NCBI GenBank assembly: GCA_964016885.1
Contig: OZ024740.1
Location: 110,236,001 to 110,300,000, forward strand
Origin: Eledone cirrhosa
Lineage: Eukaryota
Direction of reading: 5' to 3'
Length of the DNA stretch: 64,000 bases
Positions 27,638 through 39,310 of the stretch are shown here, piece after piece. Both the position numbers and the translations under genes were made by a program. The notes beneath the pieces are model-generated. The model searched no databases. It worked only from the letters and a program-made list of their open reading frames with translations, and was not told the origin of the DNA. Each line of letters begins with the position of its first letter. Positions within the stretch are counted from its first letter, which is position 1.

Positions 27638-28028
27638 TTTTGAATTAAATATTTTTCACCCCAGAAGGGGTGAAAATATATTTACCCTACGTCTACAGTC
27701 CCAGACTAGGGGTTAGAGTCAATAATAAAAAAACAATTTAAATAATGCACTCACAAATATTCCAGGTAAAAATTCCAAATCGAAGAGCCGATATGAAAGA
27801 CGTCTACTATCAAAGACAGACAGACAGACAGACACACTCACATAGACAAACACAGACAGACAGACAGAAAGACAGACACACACACTCACACAGACCTAAA
27901 CATACGTAGACACAAACACAGGCACAGATACTGATACACTGACACATACATGCTCATACACACATACACACTCACACAGATATACATAAAGATGTTTCAT
28001 ACATACGTCCTTATATACATACATATGT

Positions 28029-28068
<40 letters not shown>

Positions 28069-28185
28069 AGATATTTACACACACTCACATATATACACAT
28101 AAAGATGTTGCATACATATGTTCGTATATACATACATAAGTCCACACATACACACACGCACATACACACGTGCACACATACACGC

Positions 28186-28530
28186 ATTCGGGCTGCGGAG
28201 GCCAAACTCCTCAAATACCGGTCGCTCTCCGACAGGTTTGCGGTCGTTCCCCTGGCAGTGGAAACTGCTGGTGTCCTCGGCCCCAGGGCTACCTCCTTAC
28301 TCGCCACCATAGACGCTGAGCTGGCCAGCCATAGGTGTGAGCCCCTAGAGTTGGAGTGGCTTTTCCAGCGCGTCTCCCTTGCCGTCCTCCAGGGAAACGC
28401 CTTCTCCATTCTGTCCGCCGAGGCTGTGGGTGGGCCCCATCGCGTACCATTACATTAGTTAAATACCATTCTTTCATCTCATACATATATATAACAATAA
28501 AAGAATTAAGCAGGAAAAAAAAAAAATAAT
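28186..28530 (+). mobile_element. 3' fragment of a CRE-like (RLE) non-LTR retrotransposon
   Basis: AEAKLLKY..FAVVPLAVETAGVLG..LFQRVSLAVLQGNA matches the CRE-clade RLE C-terminus; followed by AATAAA and an A-rich tail; embedded in CA repeats. Confidence 0.75.
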
Positions 28531-28564
28531 AATACATAATACTTATACACACACACACACACAC

Positions 28565-28629
<65 letters not shown>

Positions 28630-28769
28630 TACACACACACACACACACATAAATGTAAGTGGATCTCCGTCGGTGTTTATGATGAACATTGTATTATTTC
28701 GATCAACTGAGCTACTTCATCATTGAATTAACATTTAAGTTGCTGAATACTCCACAAGCATGTAAGTTT

Positions 28770-28930
28770 AACGTGTCTGTGTCCTGTGCTCTTTATTTGT
28801 GTTAGCCCCGTTTAATTATTGGTGCCGGTTATGTCCCATGAACTGGCGGTTCGACAAATAGTGGCCGATAAAATAAATACTAGAGTTAAAAAGACAACTA
28901 AGGGTGTTCATATCATCCGACAAAAAACCT
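28770..28930 (+). mobile_element. Degenerate SINE body running into the 33-bp satellite
   Basis: ggcggttcgacaaatagtggccgataaaataaatactag resembles the 3' body of a cephalopod SINE as I recall it. Confidence 0.4.
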
Positions 28931-28932
28931 AG

Positions 28933-31900
28933 AGGTGTCCATATGATCAGACTAAAAACCATTAATGGTGTCGATATGTTCAGACTAAAAACCATTAATG
29001 GTGTCCCGTATGATCAGACTAAAAACCCATTAATGGTGTCGATATGATCAGACTAAAAACCATTAATGGTGTCCCGTATGATCAGACTAAAACCCATTAA
29101 TGGTGTCGATATGATCAGACTAGAAACCATTAATGGTGTCCCGTATGATCAGACTAAAAACCATTAATGGTGTCGATATGAGCAGACTAAAAACCATTAA
29201 TGGTGTCGATATGATCAGACTAGAAACCATTAATGGTGTCCATATGATAGAGACTAAAACCCATTAATGGTGTCGATATGATCAGACTAGAAACCATTAA
29301 TGGTGTCCCGTATGATCAGACTAAAAACCATTAATGGTGTCGATATGATCAGACTAAAAACCATTAATGGTGTCGATATGATCAGATTAAAAACCATTAA
29401 TGATGTCGATATGATCAGACTAAAACCCATTAATGGTGTCGATATGATCAGACTAGAAACCATTAATGGTGTCGATATGATCAGACTAGAAACCATTAAT
29501 GGTGTCGATATGATCAGATTAAAAACCATTAATGGTGTCGATACGATCAGACTAAAAACCATTAATGGTGTCGATATGATCAGACTAAAAACCATTAATG
29601 TTGTCGACATGAGCAGACTAAAAACCATTAATGGTGTCGATATGAGCAGACTAAAAACCATGAATGGTGTCGATACGATCAGACTAAAAACCATTAATGG
29701 TGTCGATACGATCAGACTAAAAACCATTAATGGTGTCGATATGATCAGACTAAAAACCATTAATGGTGTCCCGTATGATCAGACTAAAAACCATTAATGG
29801 TGTCGATATGATCAGACTAAAAACCATTAATGGTGTCGATATGATCAGACTAAAAACCATTAATGGTGTCCCGTATGATCAGACTAAAAACCATTAATGG
29901 TGTCGATACGATCAGACTAAAAACCATTAATGGTGTCGATATGATCAGACTAAAAACCATTAATGGTGTCCCGTATGATCAGACTAAAAACCATTAATGG
30001 TGTCGATATGAGCAGACTAAAAACCATTAATGGTGTCGATATGAGCAGACTAAAAACCATTAATGGTGTCGATATGAGCAGACTAAAAACCATTAATGGT
30101 GTCGATATGATCAGACTAAAAACCATTAATGGTGTCGATATGAGCAGACTAAAAACCATTAATGGTGTCGATATGAGCAGACTAAAAACCATTAATGGTG
30201 TCGATATGATCAGACTAAAAACCATTAATGGTGTCCCGTATGATCAGACTAAAAACCATTAATGGTGTCGATATGATCAGACTAGAAACCATTAATGGTG
30301 TCGATATGATCAGATTAAAAACCATTAATGGTGTCGATACGATCAGACTAAAAACCATTAATGGTGTCGATATGATCAGACTAAAAACCATTAATGGTGT
30401 CCCGTATGATCAGACTAAAAACCATTAATGGTGTCGATATGAGCAGACTAAAAACCATTAATGGTGTCGATATGAGCAGACTAAAAACCATTAATGGTGT
30501 CGATATGATCAGACTAAAAACCATTAATGGTGTCCCGTATGATCAGACTAAAAACCATTAATGGTGTCCCGTATGATCAGACTAAAAACCATTAATGGTG
30601 TCGATACGATCAGACTAAAAACCATTAATGGTGTCCCGTATGATCAGACTAAAAACCATTAATGGTGTCGATAAGGGCAGACTAAAAACCATTAATGGTG
30701 TCGATATGATCAGACTAAAAACCATTAATGGTGTCGATACGATCAGAAAAAAACCATTAATGGTGTCCCGTATGATCAGACTAAAAACCATTAATGGTGT
30801 CGATAAGGGCAGACTAAAAACCATTAATGGTGTCGATATGATCAGACTAAAAACCATTAATGGTGTCGATATGATCAGACTAAAAACCATTAATGGTGTC
30901 GATAAGGGCAGACTAAAAACCATTAATGGTGTCGATATGAGCAGACTAAAAACCATTAATGGTGTCGATATGAGCAGACTAAAAACCATTAATGGTGTCG
31001 ACATGAGCAGACTAAAAACCATTAATGGTGTCGATATGAGCAGACTAAAAACCATTAATGATGTCGATATGAGCAGACTAAAAACCATTAATGGTGTCGA
31101 TAAGGGCAGACTAAAAACCATTAATGGTGTCGATATGAGCAGACTAAAAACCATTAATGGTGTCGATAAGGGCAGACTAAAAACCATTAATGGTGTCGAT
31201 ATGAGCAGACTAAAAACCATTAATGATGTCGATATGAGCAGACTAAAAACCATTAATGGTGTCGATAAGGGCAGACTAAAAACCATTAATGGTGTCGATA
31301 TGAGCAGACTAAAAACCATTAATGATGTCGATATGAGCAGACTAAAAACCATTAATGGTGTCGATAAGGGCAGACTAAAAACCATTAATGGTGTCGATAT
31401 GATCAGACTAAAAACCATTAATGATGTCGATATGAGCAGACTAAAAACCATTAATGGTGTCGATATGAGCAGACTAAAAACCATTAATGGTGTCCCGTAT
31501 GATCAGACTAAAAACCATTAATGGTGTCGATATGATCAGACTAAAAACCATTAATGGTGTCCCGTATGATCAGACTAAAAACCATTAATGATGTCGATAT
31601 GAGCAGACTAAAAACCATTAATGGTGTCGATATGATCAGATTAAAAACCATTAATGGTGTCGATATGATCAGACTAAAAACCATTAATGATGTCGATATG
31701 ATCAGACTAAAAACCATTAATGGTGTCGATATGATCAGATTAAAAACCATTAATGGTGTCGATATGATCAGACTAAAAACCATTAATGGTGTCGATATGA
31801 TCAGACTAAAAACCATTAATGATGTCGATATGATCAGACTAAAAACCATTAATGGTGTCGATATGATCAGACTAAAAACCATTAATGGTGTCCCGTATGA

Positions 31901-34343
31901 TCAGACTAAAAACCATTAATGATGTCGATATGATCAGACTAAAAACCATTAATGGTGTCGATATGATCAGACTAAAAACCATTAATGATGTCGATATGAT
32001 CAGACTAAAAACCATTAATGGTGTCGATATGATCAGATTAAAAACCATTAATGGTGTCGATATGATCAGACTAAAAACCATTAATGGTGTCGATATGATC
32101 AGACTAAAAACCATTAATGATGTCGATATGATCAGACTAAAAACCATTAATGGTGTCGATATGATCAGACTAAAAACCATTAATGGTGTCCCGTATGATC
32201 AGACTAAAAACCATTAATGATGTCGATATGATCAGACTAAAAACCATTAATGGTGTCGATATGATCAGATTAAAAACCATTAATGGTGTCGATATGATCA
32301 GACTAAAAACCATTAATGGTGTCGATATGATCAGACTAAAAACCATTAATGATGTCGATATGAGCAGACTAAAAACCATTAATGGTGTCCCGTATGATCA
32401 GACTAAAAACCATTAATGGTGTCGATATGATCAGACTAAAAACCATTAATGGTGTCCCGTATGATCAGACTAAAAACCATTAATGGTGTCGATATGAGCA
32501 GACTAAAAACCATTAATGGTGTCCCGTATGATCAGACTAAAAACCATTAATGGTGTCGATATGAGCAGACTAAAAACCATTAATGGTGTCCCGTATGATC
32601 AGACTAAAAACCATTAATGGTGTCGATATGATCAGACTAAAAACCACTAATGGTGTCGATATGAGCAGACTAAAAACCATTAATGGTGTCGATATGATCA
32701 GACTAAAAACAATTAATGGTGTCCCGTATGATCAGACTAAAAACCATTAATGGTGTCGATATGAGCAGACTAAAAACCATTAATGGTGTCGATATGATCA
32801 GACTAAAAACCATTAATGATGTCGATATGATCAGACTAAAAACCATTAATGGTGTCGATATGATCAGACTAAAAACCATTAATGATGTCGATATGATCAG
32901 ACTAAAAACCATTAATGGTGTCGATATGATCAGACTAAAAACCATTAATGGTGTCGATATGATCAGACTAAAAACCATTAATGGTGTCGATATGAGAAGA
33001 CTAAAAACCATTAATGGTGTCGATATGATCAGACTAAAAACCATTAATGGTGTCCCGTATGATCAGACTAAAAACCATTAATGGTGTCCCGTATGATCAG
33101 ACTAAAAACCATTAATGATGTCGATATGATCAGACTAAAAACCATTAATGGTGTCGATATGATCAGACTAAAAACCATTAATGGTGTCCCGTATGATCAG
33201 ACTAAAAACCATTAATGATGTCGATATGATCAGACTAAAAACCATTAATGGTGTCGATATGATCAGACTAAAAACCATTAATGGTGTCCCGTATGATCAG
33301 ACTAAAAACCATTAATGATGTCGATATGATCAGACTAAAAACCATTAATGGTGTCGATATGATCAGACTAAAAACCATTAATGGTGTCGATATGATCAGA
33401 CTAAAAACCATTAATGGTGTCGATATGATCAGACTAAAAACCATTAATGATGTCGATATGATCAGACTAAAAACCATTAATGATGTCGATATGAGCAGAC
33501 TAAAAACCATTAATGGTGTCGATATGATCAGACTAAAAACCATTAATGATGTCGATAAGATCAGACTAAAAACCATTAATGATGTCGATATGATCAGACT
33601 AAAAACCATTAATGGTGTCGATATGAGTAGACTAAAAACCATTAATGGTGTCGATATGATCAGACTAAAAACCATTAATGTTGTCGACATGAGCAGACTA
33701 AAAACCATTAATGGTGTCCGGTATGATCAGACTAAAAACCATTAATGGTGTCGACATGAGCAGACTAAAAACCATTAATGGTGTCCCGTATGATCAGACT
33801 AAAAACCATTAATGGTGTCCCGTATGATCAGACTAAAAACCATTAATGGTGTCCCGTATGATCAGACTAAAAACCATTAATGGTGTCGATATGATCAGAT
33901 TAAAAACCATTAATGGTGTCGATATGATCAGACTAAAAACCATTAATGGTGTCGATATGATCAGACTAAAAACCATTAATGATGTCGATATGATCAGACT
34001 AAAAACCATTAATGGTGTCCCGTATGATCAGACTAAAAACCATTAATGGTGTCCCGTATGATCAGACTAAAAACCATTAATGATGTCGATATGATCAGAC
34101 TAAAAACCATTAATGGTGTCGATATGATCAGACTAAAAACCATTAATGGTGTCGATATGATCAGACTAAAAACCATTAATGTTGTCGACATGAGCAGACT
34201 AAAAACCATTAATGGTGTCGATATGATCAGACTAAAAACCATTAATGGTGTCGATATGATCAGACTAAAAACCATTAATGTTGTCGACATGAGCAGACTA
34301 AAAACCATTAATGGTGTCCCGTATGATCAGGCTAAAAATCATT
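28933..34343. repeat. 33-bp tandem satellite, about 160 units (GATCAGACTAAAAACCATTAATGGTGTCGATAT) with a 34-bp GTCCCGTAT variant
   Basis: Contiguous head-to-tail units with no spacers; each has the palindrome ACCATTAATGGT. Confidence 0.97.
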
Positions 34344-34561
34344 ACAATGCTGAGTAATTAATATAGTGTGCGATATATATGTGCCATACATTATGGTTAT
34401 AAGCAAAGGACTGAGGTATATTATTTGAGCCATGTTATATGTTCTATGGTGTATGGTGCAATATTTAGGTCATATTGAATACTATACTTGTACAATTTCA
34501 AGCGTTATACTAATATATTTCTTAACAGTGCGGTGTCGTTAGGTTTGTTATTTCTGTTTAC

Positions 34562-34566
<5 letters not shown>

Positions 34567-34641
<75 letters not shown>

Positions 34642-34642
34642 T

Positions 34643-34693
<51 letters not shown>

Positions 34694-34735
34694 ATATATA
34701 TTATATATATATATGAGTGTGTGTGTGTGTGTGTT

Positions 34736-34802
<67 letters not shown>

Positions 34803-34938
34803 GTAAATAAGACCGTTATTGTTCCAATCACTCTAATAATCCACAGCAAATACCCTTAATCGAACGCTAAACTGTACTCCTGACTTCTTCCAAACTAAAA
34901 CATACTCATCCTCCAAAATTGGCAAATCATATGTCTCT

Positions 34939-34968
<30 letters not shown>
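34567..34968. repeat. (CA)n, (TA)n and (TG)n microsatellites
   Basis: Direct inspection. Confidence 0.85.
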
Positions 34969-34969
<1 letters not shown>

Positions 34970-37053
34970 GATCAGTCTAAGGCTTTCGATAGGGTTGTGT
35001 CTGTGGGACAGAAGAGAGATCACCTCGGCGACCAAAGGGCGAATCTACCAGGCCATCGTTCGAACTATCCTCCTCTATGGCTGTGAAACATGGCCTATGA
35101 GGGTTGTCGATCAACGAGGGCTGGAGGTCTTCGACAATGACTGTCTCCGCCGCATTCTTCGCTGCCGACGCGTTGATCGGGTACCTACCACCAGTCTTCG
35201 TTTTCGTCTGAACCTTCGACCCCTTCCTTCAGTGCTTCTGCAACGGCGCTTGAGATGGTTTGGTCATGCGGCCCGGCGCCCTGAGGATGCGCTGATCCGC
35301 GATGTTCTCCACCCACCTCCACTCCCTAACTGGCGCAAGCGCGTTGACGGGCAGCTGAAGACCTGGGCAACGACGATCAAGGAGGACCTCTCCGAACTCT
35401 CAGGTCCGCAGGTGGTCGGCCTGCGCCGATGGAACCGTGACTGGCTCGCTATCTCCAGTGACCTAGCCCGGGACCGTCGTGCGTGGGCTGCCATGGTTCG
35501 GGATGCCGTCAGGACAAGGGAAGAAGCCGGCTCAACCCGTCCAGGGTGAATGTCGACACAAGTACAAGTACCAGTAGGTAAATTTCGATAGGGTTGACCA
35601 TCGTTACCTGGATGCGGTGCTCGAGGCGGCAGGCTTTGGAGCCGTGTTCAGGGCCTGGATTGCTGCAATGTACAACAGCAACATCTGCTCAAGGGTCAAG
35701 GTGAACGGATACCTCTCGGAGCCGTTCCATATCACGCAATCCATTCGACAGGGATGCCCTCTCTCCTCCCTTCTGTACGTACTGACTCTCGAGCCACTAC
35801 TGCGGAAGTTGGAGCTATTGCAGGGTGTCCCTCTGGAACCGGGACTGCGGAAAGCGGCGTCGGCATGAGCCGACAACGTGACAGTAATGGTGTCGAGCAC
35901 CTCGCAAATCAAGGTAGTTGGCACCTTACTGAAGGAATACGAAAGGTTCACAGGAGCGAAGCTGAACCGGGACAAGTCCATCGGTTTGCAACTCGGATCG
36001 TGGAGAGGCAAACCGATGCCTTCAGATGGCATCGTCGGACGCTGGACGGAAGGACCGGTAAAGCTGCTCGACTTGTCTCGCTGACCGAGCTGCAGTCCTG
36101 GGTCAAGCAAAGACCGAGGAAAATGGGCGACTGGCACATCGAATGTGCTCAGCGCTCAAAGCCCTCTGGCAGGCGGACCCGGCGATCACTGGAGACTCCA
36201 CTTCGTCATACTATAGAGGGTTGATCCGCAGCAAGTGCGACGACGCGCTCGGAGAAGCTCTAGGCGTAGAGGAAGATTAACTGGTCAGTCTGTTCGGCAG
36301 GACCTTCCGCCCGAGACCTATGGACAACTTCCAAAAGTCCCTGGCCTGGCAGTGCTACCGAGGAGCTCTACCAGTTCGAGACAAGCTCTACAGACATGGG
36401 CGCCAGGGCACGGACCCTTCGTAAAAGATCTGTCCGAGATGCGTGCGAGACGAAGAAACCGTCGCGTACGCATTCAACACTGCCAGGGAGTTACCGACCT
36501 GTGGGGCTATGTAGAACGACTATTGTCGCGGGTGGGACCAATCCGGTTGACCACTGAGTCCATTGTCATGATCAAACCGCCACCCTCCTTCAAAAACGAA
36601 GGAGAGCCGGTTTTCCTTTGTGTGATAGCTATGGCGAAAGAGGTTGTATGATTGACAAGGTTAAAAGGGCTGAGGTCAGAGACCTTTCTCTCCGGCCAAC
36701 AACTGATTCTTTTTTTCAAATACCACTTTGGAAGAAGAATCAGGATGGAGAGAGAGGTGCTGTACCCCAGCAAGTTTTATGAAAGGTGGGCGAAAGTGGC
36801 GAGAATGGCCTGTAGGTTGAGGAAAAAGAGGAAGAGAGTAAAGGGGTACAAACTCTTCGTACTCCTGGAGATGAGGGTTGCACATTTTTTCGAGGGTATG
36901 TGTTACCCATATGAAATGTCTCCCCCTATTGGGGAAAATCGATTAACTTTTAAATTGAAATTGTGATAATATTTTACACGTTTTTATTGTATATAAACTC
37001 CCCTCTTTGTATTTGTCCCCTTCTTTTGTACCCCTGTGGCTAATAAAGAAACA

Positions 37054-37054
<1 letters not shown>
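34969..37054 (+). mobile_element. Tx1-like copy D, 5'-truncated, internally deleted, interrupted by an RTE
   Basis: Starts at the DQSKAFDRV codons; YADD mutated to *ADN; about 400-bp deletion at 36070; ends AATAAAGAAACAT-(ATCT)n. Confidence 0.9.
34998..35582 (+). mobile_element. 5'-truncated RTE-clade LINE with 14-bp TSD
   Basis: TKGRIYQAIVRTILLYGCETW..RLRWFGH; stop at 35549; (CAAGTA)-type tail; TTTCGATAGGGTTG at 34984-34997 and 35583-35596. Confidence 0.92.
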
Positions 37055-37112
<58 letters not shown>

Positions 37113-37113
37113 A

Positions 37114-37143
<30 letters not shown>
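37055..37143. repeat. (ATCT)n linker between Tx1 copies D and E
   Basis: Near-perfect tetranucleotide run. Confidence 0.95.
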
Positions 37144-37144
<1 letters not shown>

Positions 37145-37375
37145 ACATCTAGCTGTCGTCTGTTCTACAGTGTGGATGTCATTCACTTCGCACAGAAGTT
37201 TTGTTCAAATTTATTGAGGAAATTTTGTGAGTTCAAACTTAATTTTGATATAATTGTGTAGCTTGACCCTCCGTCTGAACTGTCAGGCGGTGGGTCAGCT
37301 CATCTTTACCCCTCCTAGAGGTGAAAAACCTGTTTTAAAAAATTTTGTGTAAAAAATTTCAATCATCTAACAGAA

Positions 37376-39277
37376 ATGTTAAACGCAGCGAACGAAAATA
37401 GTGGTGGGGGGACAGCGGTAAGAGTTGTAAGCTCGCACGCTTTAGTCCCCCCTTCCTTCCCAACTAACGTCATAGAGAAGGAAGGAAAAATTAAAATAAA
37501 AACAGACGAATCTGCGGAAAAAAAAAAAATGACGAAAACACAAATCTGGACTTGGATTCCAACAACGAAAAAAAAAAAATTTGAAAAATTGCATGACAAT
37601 ACTAATAACACAAACAAAGACACAACAAACACAAAAATAACATTTGAAAATAACACCATATCAGAAAACAAAGCAAACGACAAGATTTCATTTGCACAGA
37701 AAACAAAGAAATCTTTGACTTATATAGCGGAAAACATTTCAGATGTGGTACGAAGGATCACGGACGCCAAACAATACATAAGTGAAGGAGAGAATGGTAT
37801 TTTATCGGTAAAAATGCCTCAAGAATTCACGAAAGACATTGAAAGCCGAACGGTCAAGTTTCGGACCATCAACAACAGTACAAAAAAACCTGAACAGCCT
37901 TCTCAAGCAGATATCAAAACAGTACTCACAGAAGTACTTAATGAAACCACTTTCATAAGAAAAGACAGACTGTATGGAAGCCTAGCAATTATCATGAAGA
38001 ACGAATCGGCGGCAAAAAAATGTGCTTTGTCACCGATTCGTTCGAAAAATTTCACCTTTTATCCATCTTATATGGGGAAAAGAACTCAACGCATATGGCT
38101 GGATGCAATGATGCCAGATGTGGACTACTGCTGGCTCATAGCTGGCTTCATCGATCCAGTGAATGACAACGTGATTTCCATTGGGAAAACCACAGGCAAT
38201 GCGTTCAGTGGAACAGGTATAGAGCTGGTAGTACAAATGAAGCCTGAACGCATCGCCCAAATACCCGACAGAATCCTATTAGAGGACCACGGGTATATAA
38301 ACATTAGCGTGGAGGGGAGAAGGCCGTCCTGCCATATCTGTGCAGGCAGAGGGCACCTGAAGGCCGCTTGTCCCCCAACTCAACAAAAAGAAAACCCTGC
38401 TACCAACACCAGCTCCACCACCACCACCACAACAGATAAACAAACAACAAAACTCAGTCCCACCCAACCCGTCCCTCAGTAAAACCACAACACCACCACA
38501 ACACAAACAGTCACAACACATTACCCCAAAACAAAATACAGGCCCACCCAACCTCTCACTCAATAAAACAACACAACCACCGCAGACACAACACACAACA
38601 CAGTCTAACATAGTGACATCCATCTCCCCCACAAAGAAAACCAACACGGAAACATTACCAGCAAACATACCTCTTCCCTCCAACACTGAAGATAACCCAA
38701 CGAATTCGGAGGAAGAAACGGAGTCCTTCAGACAGATTAAAAGGAAAAAAAGAAAACACGTGCAAAACACACAAGGACAAACAACCCCCACCCAAATCTC
38801 AACACAATCCAACAAAACAGAAAACACCCCTCCAGCAACAAACAAAACCAAACCTGCCCCTCCCCTCTTCGAAACACTCACACCATCGGAAAAAAGACAT
38901 TACACTATACTTACATCAACAGAAACAATAATAAATTAAATGAGCTCATATACAATAATCCTTCGGTACAAACCGAAGGTGTAAACTTTGTTTCGTCAGA
39001 AAACTACCCACATTTAAAACTAATAAAGATCCCAATGAACCTCTACCAAAAACTAAAAAAGGATTTTAAGGAGGACGTAGGACCACCCTCTGTCAAACCC
39101 ATAAACCGCGTCCTACTAAAAAGCTTTCCCCCTCCCCTTCCCCTCCCCAACACAACTCCAAACACCCCAACCCCACCACACACTGACGACCCCACACCAC
39201 CACAAGACACCCCTTCACCCAACACCCCCGACCCCATGGAAGTCGTGCAACCCGAACCCCGGGAAGCGGAAAGGTAG
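37376..39277 (+). pseudogene. ORF1 of copy E, frameshifted
   Basis: CHICAGRGHLKAAC knuckle; homologous blocks to copies B and C; C-terminus EPREAER*. Confidence 0.85.
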
Positions 39278-39310
39278 GTCTCTACACTCTCCTTTGGCTC
39301 TGCCGCCCAC

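Larger units (their letters stand above)
22252..27813 (-). mobile_element. Full-length Tx1/L1-like retrotransposon copy C
   Basis: Same ORF1/ORF2 architecture on the minus strand; (AGAC)n on both flanks; 3' end GGCAAATAAACAGAAATTT-GTCTGTCTG. Confidence 0.93.

Noticed and set aside
28933-34343. CRISPR-like array or repeat protein (MIRLKTINGVD)n
   Set aside because: Units are contiguous with no unique spacers and no cas genes; 34-bp variants break the frame repeatedly and both strands give ORFs
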